39,326 bases of DNA from Octopus bimaculoides (taxonomy: Eukaryota). Location: positions 43,592,037 through 43,631,362 of the forward strand of contig NC_068992.1 of the NCBI RefSeq assembly GCF_001194135.2. Reading direction: 5' to 3'. The number at the start of each line of letters is the position of its first letter. Position 1 is the stretch's first letter. Below are positions 1 through 11,452 of this stretch, one piece after another. Position numbers and translations under genes: made by a program. The notes below the pieces were generated by a model. The model worked only from the letters and a program-made list of their open reading frames with translations, was not told the origin of the DNA and made no database searches.

Positions 1-175
1 ATATTATATATATATTATATATATATACACATGAAGTTAATTAAATATTAATATGTGTATATATATATTATGTCTGTATGTATTATTAAGATTTAAATAA
101 CTAGGAATTATTATTACTGTAGTTGTTGTTGTTGTTGCTATTATTATTTGTATTATTATTATTTTATTGTTATTA
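1..175. repeat. (AT)n and (TTA/TTG)n microsatellites
   Basis: Simple repeats directly visible. Confidence 0.9.
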
Positions 176-1264
176 TCACTGAACCATGAAGACGAAAAAC
201 AAATCTTGTTGATGTATTCCAAAAGACCATCCTAAATTATCTTGAAGTATTATTCTAAGAGACAATCCTAACACTGAAAACATGTTATTTTATTAATTTC
301 AGATGTAATGCAACTCATCAGTTGAGATGAGAATAAATATAGGTGAGTAGATTCACTGATTTTTCAGATGAAGGAAATAAATCTATTTTGGTTTATCATT
401 TCCATTTTGTATTAATAAAATTAGATTTAATTAATTACTATGTTGTTTTTCAGAAACATAATTTTCTTACTTCTATTTTCGCTTTTGTAGTCATCAAATT
501 TTATTTACAGACAGATTTGTATATGAGTATTGCAGTTGTGTTTTTATTGTTGTTGCTGTTGTTTTTGTACTCATGTATTAAATCAAATCATACAAAATAA
601 ATAAATAGATTAATTATACGTGGTTGCCATAATTTGTGAGTGGATTGATTTCTTTCTTTTTTCTTTTCTTTTTTTTTTTTTTTGATAATATATGCTTTTG
701 TATCCGACATATCAATGAAAACGAAGAGACGAACGAGGGATAAAGATGGCGAACTTTGCAAGGCGAAGTAGTAAGGTTGATGATGGATGAATATCTTTCG
801 AAAGCAAAATGAGATTGAATTAGCGAAAGAAAATAGAAAGTAAAGGGAAGTCCACAAAAGTGACTCCCCTTAGAGAAGAATTAAGGGGAAATTATCCTGT
901 GATCAATGCATTTCTAATATGCCCTTGTTCATAATATTTATGCGAGACTATAGAGAATTATGATTCAATAAATGAATGCATTATATATAAGCCGCAGAGT
1001 TAAGTCATGTTGCCTAAGAACAAATTCTCATTTGACATTTTTTATTCTACGTGGTTAAGCATGTTAATGGAAATGTCAGCAGGTTTCAATACAATACTGC
1101 AGAAAACTGGTTGCGGTTGAGGAATATATTCTGACTTGGTTATTTATCCAGTTTCCTGATTACTTTAACATGTTAGAAACCCGACATTAGCCAGCGTGGC
1201 CATTTGAACCGTAGATTACTGAAAATGATACTGATTTCATTATGAGCACTAACAGTATCAAACT

Positions 1265-1440
1265 GATCATACATTTACTAAATAAATCAAAAATATCCTT
1301 TTGTCATCTCGTCAATCACAGAGAAGGCATCGAGATAAACGATAACAATGACAGAGGGTTGTTACTTAAAATCCTATATGTCTTGTGAAATATTCTCCTG
1401 CCTAATTCATCATAGCTGGGAATTGTGTGACTTGCAGATT
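1265..1440 (-). mobile_element. Possible decayed L1/Tx1-type ORF2 C-terminal zinc-binding (zf-RVT-like) fragment
   Basis: Minus strand gives ELGRRIFHKTY..., then SRCLLCD, then DIFDLFSKC, resembling WRxxHxxLxT...CxxC...HLFxxC. Needs two frameshifts and a stop, so weak. Confidence 0.25.
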
Positions 1441-1728
1441 GCTGAATATAATAGAGTATCAAATACTCAATAAACCGATCACTAATTCGATCTCCGGTCA
1501 CTAACATTTAGTAAAAGAGACACTAACCAACGAGAGTTCCTTTACGAGTTCTCTCGATCTGCTAGAAATAACAAGCAATTTCTTTCAGATCACGCCCTAA
1601 TGTTTTTTTAAAAACATTACATTGTATAGCTATTATTATACATGGAGGTGGTCGTATTTTGCCAATTAAACACACGTACTATATATTCAGCTTTTACTTC
1701 AGCCTTATTATCATTATTTTAGCTTTTT

Positions 1729-1771
1729 GTCAAAGTTCTTTCGTCACACATCCTATGGCCTCTTCAGCGAC
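1729..1771 (-). ncRNA. Minimal type I hammerhead ribozyme motif, core intact
   Basis: Minus strand: GUCG CUGAAGA G GCCA-uaggaugug-UGAC GAAA G-aa-C UU UGAC. Stem I GUCG/UGAC, stem II 3 of 4 pairs, short stem III, cleavage triplet CUU. Confidence 0.6.
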
Positions 1772-1793
1772 TCTTTATGTCTCCTCTTGTTCT

Positions 1794-1842
1794 GCCTTTA
1801 TGAAGAGGTCACAGATGTGTGACAAAAGAGCTTTGACAAAGG
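1794..1842 (+). ncRNA. Inverted second copy of the same hammerhead family (degenerate)
   Basis: gccttt aTGAAGA G GTCACA-gatg-TGTGAC aAAAG-ag-CT T TGACAAAGG. About 80% identical to the reverse complement of 1725-1767; G12 is A and part of stem I/C3 is lost. Confidence 0.55.
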
Positions 1843-1851
1843 AACGAAGAT

Positions 1852-2332
1852 AATAATATGCAGTACCATTGCCCGGATACAGTAACAGGCAGTGGCTCTC
1901 ATGGCTTCTGATCTTAATTGATTGGAAGTGTTATCATGTACATTGTTTTGTCTTGGTATAAAAGATGGGCTACAGCAAATATTCTGCTTAATACCACAGA
2001 TTTGCTTGTCAGTTGTTTGACCTTAACCAGTTGAGCACGTCCCTTGCTGGCTGACGATATGTGCATCTCTGATCATGAGCAGAAGTAGTGGGGGAGCATC
2101 ATAGCTATGTGTCGAGCGGAATTTCTTTGGGGTTTGGATAATTCACCTCTGGAAACATTGGTGCTTCATTCAACAACCTTAAACAACCCTTATTCAGGGA
2201 CCTTTTGAGCGGGATGGGCTACTCGACCTGAAGAAAATTCTAACTGGGCCCCACCCGCGAGGTCATGCGCTGTTTATCTTGATATGAGATCATCATGTCG
2301 CGCACATATGGTTGTGATGCATGTGCCTGGTG
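1852..2332 (-). mobile_element. Unclassified ~480 bp interspersed repeat ending in a (TTA)-like tail
   Basis: GC-richer block with sharp edges; minus-strand end ggtactgcatattatta. I recall it as a high-copy Octopus repeat; class not verified. Confidence 0.45.
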
Positions 2333-2470
2333 TACCCTTATCAGACGGGTAGTCATGATGGGTATACTGGGCTTCAACACGCGATATCACATTTGCAGCG
2401 TGGAAGATATTTATAAGCCATTTAAAAAACACACAAAAAAACCGTTAGATTCACTTCAACATTTAAATTT

Positions 2471-2515
2471 AATTTGTCAAAATATTTTCGTCGCTTTTAG
2501 ACCACTGACAAAATT
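2471..2515 (-). ncRNA. Third relic of the 1729/1794 hammerhead family with core deletion
   Basis: Minus: aattTTGTCA gtg GTC-taaaagc-GAC GAAAATATT T TGACAAAtt. Stem I 7 bp, stem II 3 bp, palindromic stem III AATATT; CUGANGA reduced to gtg. Confidence 0.35.
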
Positions 2516-2534
2516 CCGTACTGCATCTTATTTC

Positions 2535-3158
2535 GGTTTCTGACAAACTGCTAGTTTACAGGGACGTAAACAAACCAGCACCGGTTCTTAAGTGATGGAA
2601 AGGAAAAACAGATACAGGGACACACATATGTGATATATATATATATATATATGCATATATGGGTGCAGGACGTCACCAACTGTGCAAACAACATGAAATA
2701 CGTAAACAACGAAAGAAGACAAAAATAGAAAACAAGTAAACAGAGAAAGGACCCTTCATCAGTTGTCCGTTGTCTATCTACTCCTCAATTCGAGCATTCA
2801 ATGACAATATGAGCCTTCAAAGACAGTTATTCCCATGAATTCTAAAATAAAATTTAGGATTTCTGGAGGGTCAAAGTTGGGAACAAAAACAGGACAGTGG
2901 AGACATACAAGGAAGCCGAACGAAAGCAAACATGGCGGGTCGTTAGACCAGAACGAGAGGAAAAATAGTGAACGCCGGGAGAAATGTTTACTTTGAAAAG
3001 AGAAAAGATAGAAGAGAGAGAAAAACGTCCAGTTTCTACAGGAAAAGAAGGGTGGCCATGTGAAGAAAAGAAAGATGGACGATGGTCACGTGTGAGTAAC
3101 GAGAGAGAAAAGGGAAATTAGAGAAGGATGGAGGAAGAAATCAATATAGAGTAGAGTC

Positions 3159-3232
<74 letters not shown>

Positions 3233-3397
3233 GATGGGCTTCCACACAGTTTCCGTTTACCAAATTCGCTCACAAAGCATTGATCGGCCCGAAGCTATAG
3301 TAAAAGACACTTTCTCAAGGTGCTGCGTAGTGGGACTGAACCCAAATCTACGTGGTTGCAACGCGAGCTTCTTAATTACACAGCCATGACTATGCCT
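2535..3397 (-). mobile_element. Family A tRNA-derived SINE split by an insertion (parts 2535-2660 and 3160-3397)
   Basis: Head (reverse of aggcatagtcatggctgtgtaattaag...gggttcagtcccactacgcagcaccttgag) and mid-body (gtttgtttacgtccctg) match copies at 16601 and 31459. Confidence 0.8.
2661..3159 (-). mobile_element. ~500 bp unclassified insertion (possibly PLE pseudo-LTR derived) inside the SINE (TA)n tract
   Basis: Bounded by (TA)n on both sides and separates two collinear SINE halves; carries CTGATGAAG on the minus strand at about 2750-2762. Confidence 0.5.
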
Positions 3398-3729
3398 ATA
3401 TTTCTCTCTCTCTCTCCCTCTCCCTCTCTTTCTCTTTCTCTACCGATATAGTGATATATAGCGAATTACCACCACAAGTATTTATTTCGCAACTTCTGCT
3501 TGTTTCTCTGCTAATCTACCGCTCTCCCTTGTTATATATATTAACGATAAACGATTATAGTAAGTAAAAATATTTGTCTACGCCAACCAGTGCACATTAA
3601 AACCGTACTTTTAAACAACAACACCAATTTAAAGAAGGTAATGATTAAGATACCATGAAATAATACCTGAAATATTACATCTTAATAGAAGGATTAAATG
3701 CTATTTTCACTTAAGTCCTTCACTCTGTA

Positions 3730-4060
3730 TATAGTATAAGTCAACAATAGCATTTCTCCCCCTGAGATTCTGGGTTGTCTTATGTCCTTTCTCTCGCAGG
3801 CCTTGTTGCTTTTGAATCGTCATAGATACTCCTGACATTTGGCTTTGTTCTTTCCTAGATAGCTGTATTGGTCCTATGCACGGGGATTTTTATCTCTGGG
3901 AAGAGGTGGTCCATAATAGCCTGGAATTATTTTTTTCCTTTACCAATCCAGTATTATGGGGACCAACAAGGACCTTGTTTTCCGTTGGTATAGCTCTCTG
4001 GGTCACCATACAGCAACGAGGACTGGGCTTGATTTGTGATGGATTTTTCTTATATAACAC
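3730..4060 (-). mobile_element. Possible decayed APE endonuclease region of an RTE-like LINE
   Basis: Minus translation RAIPTENKVLVGPHNTGLVKE loosely resembles IPxxxxxIxxGDxNAxxGKE; multiple stops and frameshifts. Confidence 0.25.
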
Positions 4061-4065
4061 CATGA

Positions 4066-4131
4066 AATGTGAAACAGCACTTGGTAAGGAGAATGTGAAA
4101 CAGCACTTGGTAAGGAGAATGTGTAACAGTA
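4066..4131 (+). repeat. 26-bp tandem duplication aatgtgaaacagcacttggtaaggag (2 exact copies plus partial)
   Basis: Exact copies at 4066-4091 and 4092-4117. Confidence 0.9.
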
Positions 4132-4293
4132 AAAGTTGTTTTAATGTTTTATTTTACTGATATTTACGTTACATTTCGTGCTCTTCGATAGAATGTACTC
4201 ACGTACAGGTACACATGCATTTATGTACGATCATTCTCCTCGTGGCCGATTGCTATTAATAGTACAGGAAAACGAAAACCTCTATTTTTCATT

Positions 4294-4333
4294 ATTGACT
4301 TGAAAAGACAGACAGCCGTCGAAATATTTCAAT
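4294..4333 (+). ncRNA. Degenerate type I hammerhead-like motif
   Basis: ATTGA cttgaaaa GAC-agacagcc-GTC GAAA TA T T TCAAT. Stem I 5 bp, stem II 3 bp, palindromic ATAT; core mutated. Confidence 0.3.
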
Positions 4334-4439
4334 CTTCTGAAAGGATACCCTGACATAAATATATCGATATTTTCTTTATACCAATATTTGTACGGACTAC
4401 CTTTGATCGATCGTCTGCTCGCACAGTTCTGATCTTAGA

Positions 4440-4680
4440 AAAAAGAAAAACAAATAACCATCACAACCATGACAACAACAGTCTCGATCATTTCAATACC
4501 ATCAATGACGTGACGACCACCACAAACATATCAATCGCAAACATTACTACACCATAAGTCATCAACGAAATAGCAACGACAACAACAACAAAGCCATGAC
4601 ACCTAAAAGCACCAAGACTACAACAACAATCGCAAACAGCACAACAACCAACACCACCGCAAGAACAACACCGAATTACG
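4440..4680. repeat. Degenerate (CAA/ACA)n low-complexity tract
   Basis: A/C-rich trinucleotide periodicity with stops and frameshifts. Confidence 0.7.
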
Positions 4681-4839
4681 TAATTTATTTGTAAAATGTG
4701 TGTGATGTGCATGCACAGACAGATAGAGAAATGAAAGCAAACACATAAATTAAGTGTTAAGTATCTCAATCATCATACGTAAAACTTTGAGTAATGCAAG
4801 CCTCATCTCTAAGTCCACATGTTGCTTTCTCTCTTTCTC

Positions 4840-4851
4840 TTATATATGTAT

Positions 4852-4883
<32 letters not shown>

Positions 4884-4895
4884 NNNNNNNNNNNN

Positions 4896-4928
<33 letters not shown>

Positions 4929-5189
4929 TAACAGTATAAATTACAATTATAATTAAGGGCATAGAAGAGACCATGCCTATGCTGAAAATAGACGCTAATC
5001 GTCAAACCATTTAAAATTATCACATTTATACACGCATGTCGATTTCAATATGTGTGTATAAAAGTGATAATTTTAAGTGGTTTGATGATTTAACCTCTAC
5101 TTTCAGCATATAAATCTCTATATATGAATTCACCTTAAAAGGTCTATTTTACATGCTTGCCACTGATAAAATCTTTAACGATTTTATCC

Positions 5190-5248
<59 letters not shown>

Positions 5249-5311
5249 TATATACTGTATGTACAGTGTGTATATGTGCATGTATGCAATGAGTCTATGT
5301 ATGTGTGTGTC

Positions 5312-5353
<42 letters not shown>

Positions 5354-5675
5354 CATATAGATATATGTTCGTCCCAACTGTATTAATTCCCTATGAGGCA
5401 TATCCAATGACTGTCGATGATACTCAGAACAGAAGCTCTGTATGAGGCTTCGAAACTGCACAAACCATTGGACAGAGAGCTGATGAAGAGTTAATCCTTG
5501 TTTATTTTATCGCGTGGTCCATTTAACATGTGTTCTTTGGCATATGCTTTTTCTTTATATTTATAATTGCCGATGCTCACAGCCACATTTTCTCAAATGT
5601 TCTATGTTCTAATTGTCGTAACCACTTTTGCTCCTTCTCTCTTATTTTTTCTTTTCTCCCCCTTGTGAGTCTCTC

Positions 5676-5745
<70 letters not shown>
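4840..5745. repeat. Cluster of (TA)n, (GA)n, (TTA)n, (GT)n and (CT)n microsatellites
   Basis: Directly visible. Confidence 0.85.
5424..5510 (+). mobile_element. Short repeat with hammerhead-like GAAAC and CTGATGAAG motifs; second copy at 6325-6390
   Basis: tgtatgaggcttcgaaactgc...agagagctgatgaagagttaatccttgtttatttt aligns with tgtctaaggcttcaaaactgc...agaaagttgatgaggggttaatgtttgcttatttt. Confidence 0.5.
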
Positions 5746-5749
<4 letters not shown>

Positions 5750-6444
5750 TTTTCCTTCTGTTTCTCTGCTCAGGCATCTTTGAGTCTCTCGCTTTACCTT
5801 TCCCTCCCCAGTTTATCACTTCCTACTTCCGTTTTCTCTACAAATCTTTCTTTCGCATTTCAACACACCAAGAGACCATACGTATCCACCTTCTGACTTT
5901 TATTGACTTAAAAACTTCGCTCAAGTACTTAAATTATCATATTCTTTTCATGACATAATTCTTATACTATTGTTTTGTAGTTTTGTTTTATTTACAACGT
6001 AATCGACAAATGTTCCATTTTTTATTATAAATATCATGTTTTATTTCATTTTATCACAAATTGACTTATATTTTTTTTTTTTTATCCTACTCTCTAGCCC
6101 TAACCTTACATTTTTTCCTGCCCTTATCTTTTCTCCCATCATGTTACTAAAACTCAACTACAGATTTTCCAGTTGTGCGTGTGTCTGTGTGCGCGTGTGT
6201 CTGTGTGCGCGCGTGTATGCGTGTGTGTGCATATGTGTGTGTGTTTGTGTGCGTATCTTGTCTCCATTGTATCAATTTCCTAACAACGGCATGGAAAGGT
6301 TACTGACTTTAAGTTATGCAATTCTGTCTAAGGCTTCAAAACTGCTAGCTGCCTTAGAAAGTTGATGAGGGGTTAATGTTTGCTTATTTTGTTATTCTTT
6401 CTTCCATATAAATGCACCTATATAATTAAGCTCTAAGCAAATAG

Positions 6445-6600
6445 ACAGTAATATCAAAGAATGTACACCAGAGAAACATAGCACAAACCCATCTTACAGA
6501 TTTCAGAAGATACGAACTACAATAAGCACCATTTCCACGTCTGATACAGGAACTTCATTCACGAATGCTACTGTGGCAGAAACAGGGACTATTTTCCCTG
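6445..6600 (+). CDS. Candidate symmetric phase-1 exon encoding a Ser/Thr-rich peptide
   Basis: AG at 6443-6444, TG|GTAAAG donor at 6600, 156 bp open frame (D)SNIKECTPEKHSTNPSYRFQKIRTTISTISTSDTGTSFTNATVAETGTIFP. Acceptor polypyrimidine tract is weak and no homology recognised. Confidence 0.3.
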
Positions 6601-7079
6601 GTAAAGATTTTAAGAATCAGAAGTAGTCCTGGCGCTAACTCGATCCATATCTATTTCACGGTTATTCTAGTGTATTCTCAACCATTGTACATATTTATGT
6701 ATACGTATATATGGATATATATTTTGTGTGTATATACACGTACAAATGTCTGTTTTGTTTTATTTCACGCATTGTATTTTATTGTGCTGGCTGTTTTTGG
6801 TGACGTTCGGTGATGTCATTTACGTAAGTGAAGGAGAAAAATTTAATAACAGAGTTCCTTGAGGAATGACATTGATTACTTAAACTGACCCCGAATCTGT
6901 CAACCAGAATTTGTTGGATTCTACTTGCCAGAAAAATCCTAATTCAGTACAGAATCTTTCTTCGGACCTTAATATCGGTGTGCTCTGTCGAACGCCTCCC
7001 TGAAATGTATGTATATGATTTGGTTTTGGAGCTTTCTCCTAACACGCTTAAATCTGAACTTCACAATCTCTGATCGAGA

Positions 7080-7228
7080 CGCTAGGTGTCCCTGATACTC
7101 ACTTCAACTGAGTGTACTGGACTGACGGGAAACGCCTTGGTCAAGGACACAGTGTTCCGCCCACGATTTGAACCAAAGATCTAGCAATTATAAACCCAGC
7201 ACCTTAACCACTAGGTCACGCGCCTTCA
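7080..7228 (-). mobile_element. Family B-type SINE head, degraded
   Basis: Reverse reads gaaggcgcgtgacctagtggttaaggtgctgg...ggttcaaatcgtgggc...ctgtgtccttgacc (A/B-box-like, then core). Confidence 0.7.
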
Positions 7229-8334
7229 TACATTACTGTAAGTAGACCACAGTTAAAAGCATAAAGTGCATTAGATTCTGCAATGTCGACTTATATTAAA
7301 TATGAAGGTATCTCTTTCAGTGAGGCAAACGAATGTTAAAGGCTGAGAGAAGATTATTGAGTGGGGTTCCTTGAAGCAACTTGGTCTTGGAATGGGTTCA
7401 AATGATTGCTTGATGAATGACAGCTGGTATTCAAAATTTGATAAATATGATCCTTTATTACTACGAAGATTTCCTAGAATTTTGGCATCCATTAATACCC
7501 TGTACACAACCTCTCACAACATTCCCTCACCAAACCAAATTGAATATAAAGAAGAAAAATTAAACAAATGTAATTTTAATTAAGAATTAAAGTTTTAGTG
7601 TAGCCGCAATATATGACAAGAGCAGGTAGTATGAGTAGGCTTAATAAATCTTGATAAATTTGTGACTTAAATTGATGTATTAAATTGCGGGTGAAATTTC
7701 ATTTAAATGACGATATTTCAATAAAAAAATTGTAGCTGTCATGGAATTGTGAAAGCTAATGAGATTTTAAGATCTTATTTAGAAAGCGAAAAAAGGTCGC
7801 TAGTTCACATTAGATGGGCTGTGCTTTTTCTCTTTATTTTCTCTTTTTTTTTTTTTTGTCTTCGTTTTCCTTTCTACCGTCTCTAAAAAATTAAACATTG
7901 AAATGGTTTTGGTTAAGAATATTGTTTTTGTTCGGCTTCAAAATGTCATGTTTGATATGAACTAATTCATCTGACAAATAATGATATTCATACGTATAAT
8001 TTATACAATACAAGAAGGTAGTGCATTTCTTCTTCTCGCTAAGATTGTCTTACAAATTTATGTCGGCTTCATTAATTCTTACACAAATTTCTGATTCAGC
8101 GCCATCATAATTATTTCCTTCCTTAACATTTATCCCACATCCCATATTACACCTTCCCTTTAACCTACCCTTACTCTCATTCTCTTGCTACACGTTCTTT
8201 ATTAATATGCAAAAAAAGATAGCCGTGGATTTGATTCTAAAGTTTCGAATATGGTACTTTCTTGTATCAAGTGTTATACGTTATAAACCATGGATTTTTT
8301 TTTTTTTTCATTGGCTGTTGTTATTGAATCGCTA

Positions 8335-8527
8335 ACCTCACGTCAACTTTGATCAAGCAAAGCTATGATTGAAAAAGCATTCTAGTCATGATCATCTGCC
8401 CGCTTGCCTTTCAATCATAGAGTGTCTGCGACTACATTCCTTTTTTTTTTTCTGAAACAGTAGGCTGTAATGGGAAGATGATTTAACTGTTTTTCTCTAG
8501 CAGACAGAGCGACCAAATGGAGGCTCA
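8335..8527. mobile_element. Family D interspersed repeat
   Basis: Similar to 19745-19870 and, reverse-complemented, 14280-14505 (gctatttctagc...cgacc...tagaggct motif). Confidence 0.55.
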
Positions 8528-9036
8528 TATAGAGGCCTGTGTACAGATGCACACACTTGCATCAATATACACATCCACACAAAACTATATGAGCGCGTCT
8601 ACACACCCACATATAAAACTATATACTGACATATGCCGCCCCTTCTTACTCTAGTTTATTTTCTGTCCTCCACGTGGTCAATTTCCTGTTCGCCATGCAG
8701 TATTTTCCAACTAACTGTTACCCATGCACAAACATCAAACCAAGACACCGCCTGACCATACTCGACCAATCGTAGCCCAACCTACGGTAATAACAATCAA
8801 CGTCTGTCATTCAAATTGAAAATGGCTGACGACTAACATCGCGCTTGAAACTCAAGAGTACCAACGAACTTGAATTAAACTGTTTTGATCCATACATGTA
8901 ACTCCAATAAATTGGTTGAGTGCCCTCATTTCGTTTGTCCACTCACTCGTATATATAAATATATATACGAGTGCAACCGCTTGTGTGCAGGCAAGTTTTT
9001 TCAAACACAAACACACATATACATACGCGTGTGTGT

Positions 9037-9038
9037 GT

Positions 9039-9105
<67 letters not shown>

Positions 9106-9725
9106 NNNNNNNNNNNNNNNNNNNNNNNNNNNNNNNNNNNNNNNNNNNNNNNNNNNNNNNNNNNNNNNNNNNNNNNNNNNNNNNNNNNNNNNNNNNNNNN
9201 NNNNNNNNNNNNNNNNNNNNNNNNNNNNNNNNNNNNNNNNNNNNNNNNNNNNNNNNNNNNNNNNNNNNNNNNNNNNNNNNNNNNNNNNNNNNNNNNNNNN
9301 NNNNNNNNNNNNNNNNNNNNNNNNNNNNNNNNNNNNNNNNNNNNNNNNNNNNNNNNNNNNNNNNNNNNNNNNNNNNNNNNNNNNNNNNNNNNNNNNNNNN
9401 NNNNNNNNNNNNNNNNNNNNNNNNNNNNNNNNNNNNNNNNNNNNNNNNNNNNNNNNNNNNNNNNNNNNNNNNNNNNNNNNNNNNNNNNNNNNNNNNNNNN
9501 NNNNNNNNNNNNNNNNNNNNNNNNNNNNNNNNNNNNNNNNNNNNNNNNNNNNNNNNNNNNNNNNNNNNNNNNNNNNNNNNNNNNNNNNNNNNNNNNNNNN
9601 NNNNNNNNNNNNNNNNNNNNNNNNNNNNNNNNNNNNNNNNNNNNNNNNNNNNNNNNNNNNNNNNNNNNNNNNNNNNNNNNNNNNNNNNNNNNNNNNNNNN
9701 NNNNNNATATATATATATATATATA
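9037..9725. repeat. (GATA)n and (TA)n flanking an assembly gap
   Basis: Directly visible. Confidence 0.9.
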
Positions 9726-9732
9726 CATACAT

Positions 9733-9895
9733 ATGACAGGCTTCTTTTAATTTCTGTCTACCGAATCTACTGGCAAAACTTTGGCCGGCCCGATGTTATT
9801 GCAGAGGACACTTGTCCAAAGTGCCATGTCGTCGTAGAACTGAATCTGAAACGTTGGGGTCCAGAAATTAACTTCTTGTCACACCGAGCACATAT
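9733..9895 (-). mobile_element. Family A SINE head, degraded
   Basis: ggcttctttt...tttctgtctaccgaatc...gacacttgtccaaagtgccatg matches family A in reverse. Confidence 0.7.
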
Positions 9896-10782
9896 CGCGA
9901 CAATATTTTTATAACTATTAGAATTTTAAGAACTCAAAGAAATATTGTTCACCTATAGCAAGAAGTAGAAATCAAAGTAGTTTGGCATTTCGCTATTTTA
10001 TATCTTCGATTTATTTCTTATAATTGTTTAAAAGTCATTAAATGTTTTCAAGTAATTTTAGTTAGTTTTTTTTTTGTTTTGTTTTGTTTCTTTTTCTTCT
10101 AGTATTTACCTATTCGTTCCAATGTTTTTCTTATTGTAAATTTTCTAAAAACAAAATATTGTACAAAACATAATTCTTTTCTTTTCCTGTTTCAGAACTT
10201 TACCAAATTCAATTTTTCTTTAAAAGCGAAGAAAACACGAGTTCAATAATTTTGTTTTGTATCTACAAAAACAGAAAATGAGAAATGATTTGTGTGGGGT
10301 GGGCAGAGATTGCGGAACGACCGATCATTATGTTTAAGAGCGTCGGAATCCAACACTGGAGAAGAGCATGTGCACTCAGAATTTTTGTTTCAGTTACAAT
10401 ACAATATTTTTTTGAAAATCAGAACAAAAGTTTTGAATTCAAATACACCCCAGTGGTTAAATTTGTGTGTGTGCACGCGCGCGTGTGTGCATATTACATG
10501 ATATATTTATATACAATATGTATGATTATATGTTATGTATATATATGTATATATATTCTTTATTTTCCACAAAGGGCTATACATAGCGGAACAATACAAG
10601 ACAGACAAGGAGGGGTCGTGACGACAAGGTGAAACGTTCAAATGGATATAACAAAAATAAATTAGTGGTTAAAAATTTGACAAATATATTGAATATAACG
10701 GGATGGGGAAACAAAATGTAGTGCTGGGCGATTATTCTGAATACCTGTATTCATATGCACTATGTATACTATGTATATCTTT

Positions 10783-10830
10783 TTTACGATCATGAATCCA
10801 ACACCTTAACCACTAAACAACGCGCCTCCA
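10783..10830 (-). mobile_element. Family B SINE 5' tip
   Basis: acgatcatgaatccaacaccttaaccactaaacaacgcgcctcc, similar to 7190-7228. Confidence 0.55.
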
Positions 10831-10834
10831 CACA

Positions 10835-11006
10835 ATGAGGAAGTGCCGAATAGTGAAACATATTGGGTCTAAAATTCATCGAACCTCTGCAAAAGTGACA
10901 TCAGAGCTAAACCATCATCTTGCGAAACCTGTGTCGACTAGGACCGTTCGTTGTGAGCTCCATAAAGTGGTCACCATAGAAAGGCTGCAACTGCTAAGCC
11001 TCTCTT
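10835..11006 (+). mobile_element. Tc1-family transposase DNA-binding-domain remnant
   Basis: HRTSAKVTSELNHHLAKPVSTRTVRCELHKV then, with a 1-nt shift, (G)HHRKAATAKPLL; matches the Tc1 HTH region RTTAxxVTAELxxxxxxPVSTxTVRRELHxxGxxxRAAxxKPLL. Confidence 0.75.
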
Positions 11007-11225
11007 ACCAACCAACCACCCCAACACCGATAAACGACAAAATGGTGTCTAGACTACCAGAAACGGTCAATGTCTCGATAGAACAGATGTAGAATTTCAG
11101 AATTAATGGTACATATGTCAGTTCCCTAAAGGATAAGACGGGTTTAATAGAAAGTTTTGAAATAATATAACTCATAGTTGGTATAATCGATTCTTATATT
11201 CTTTATGCATTTCCATAGGAGACAT

Positions 11226-11255
11226 CTGATGACGATTAAGAATCGAAACATGGTA
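11226..11255 (+). ncRNA. Hammerhead-like core without a recognisable stem I
   Basis: CTGATGA c GATT-aag-AATC GAAAC atg GTA. Confidence 0.35.
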
Positions 11256-11355
11256 TAAAATATTTTCTAAAAAGAAACTATTTTTTCATCTGTAAAGATT
11301 AGTTTAATATCTCGAATCCTGACTGGGATCATGTGCACATCTATAAACAAGACAC

Positions 11356-11356
11356 A

Positions 11357-11390
<34 letters not shown>

Positions 11391-11452
11391 GATACTAGTA
11401 GTGGCGGTGGTGGTGGTGGTAGTGGAGGTAATGGTGTTGGTAATAGTGTTGG
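11356..11452. repeat. (GAT)n/(GGT)n trinucleotide repeats before a gap
   Basis: Directly visible. Confidence 0.85.

Noticed and set aside
4440-4680. Thr-rich mucin-like reading
   Set aside because: Interrupted by stops and frameshifts; explained by a decayed (CAA)n repeat.
7371-7583. 70-aa ORF with normal-looking composition
   Set aside because: No recognisable motif, starts at TTG, and the nearby acceptor at 7320 leads to stops in all frames.
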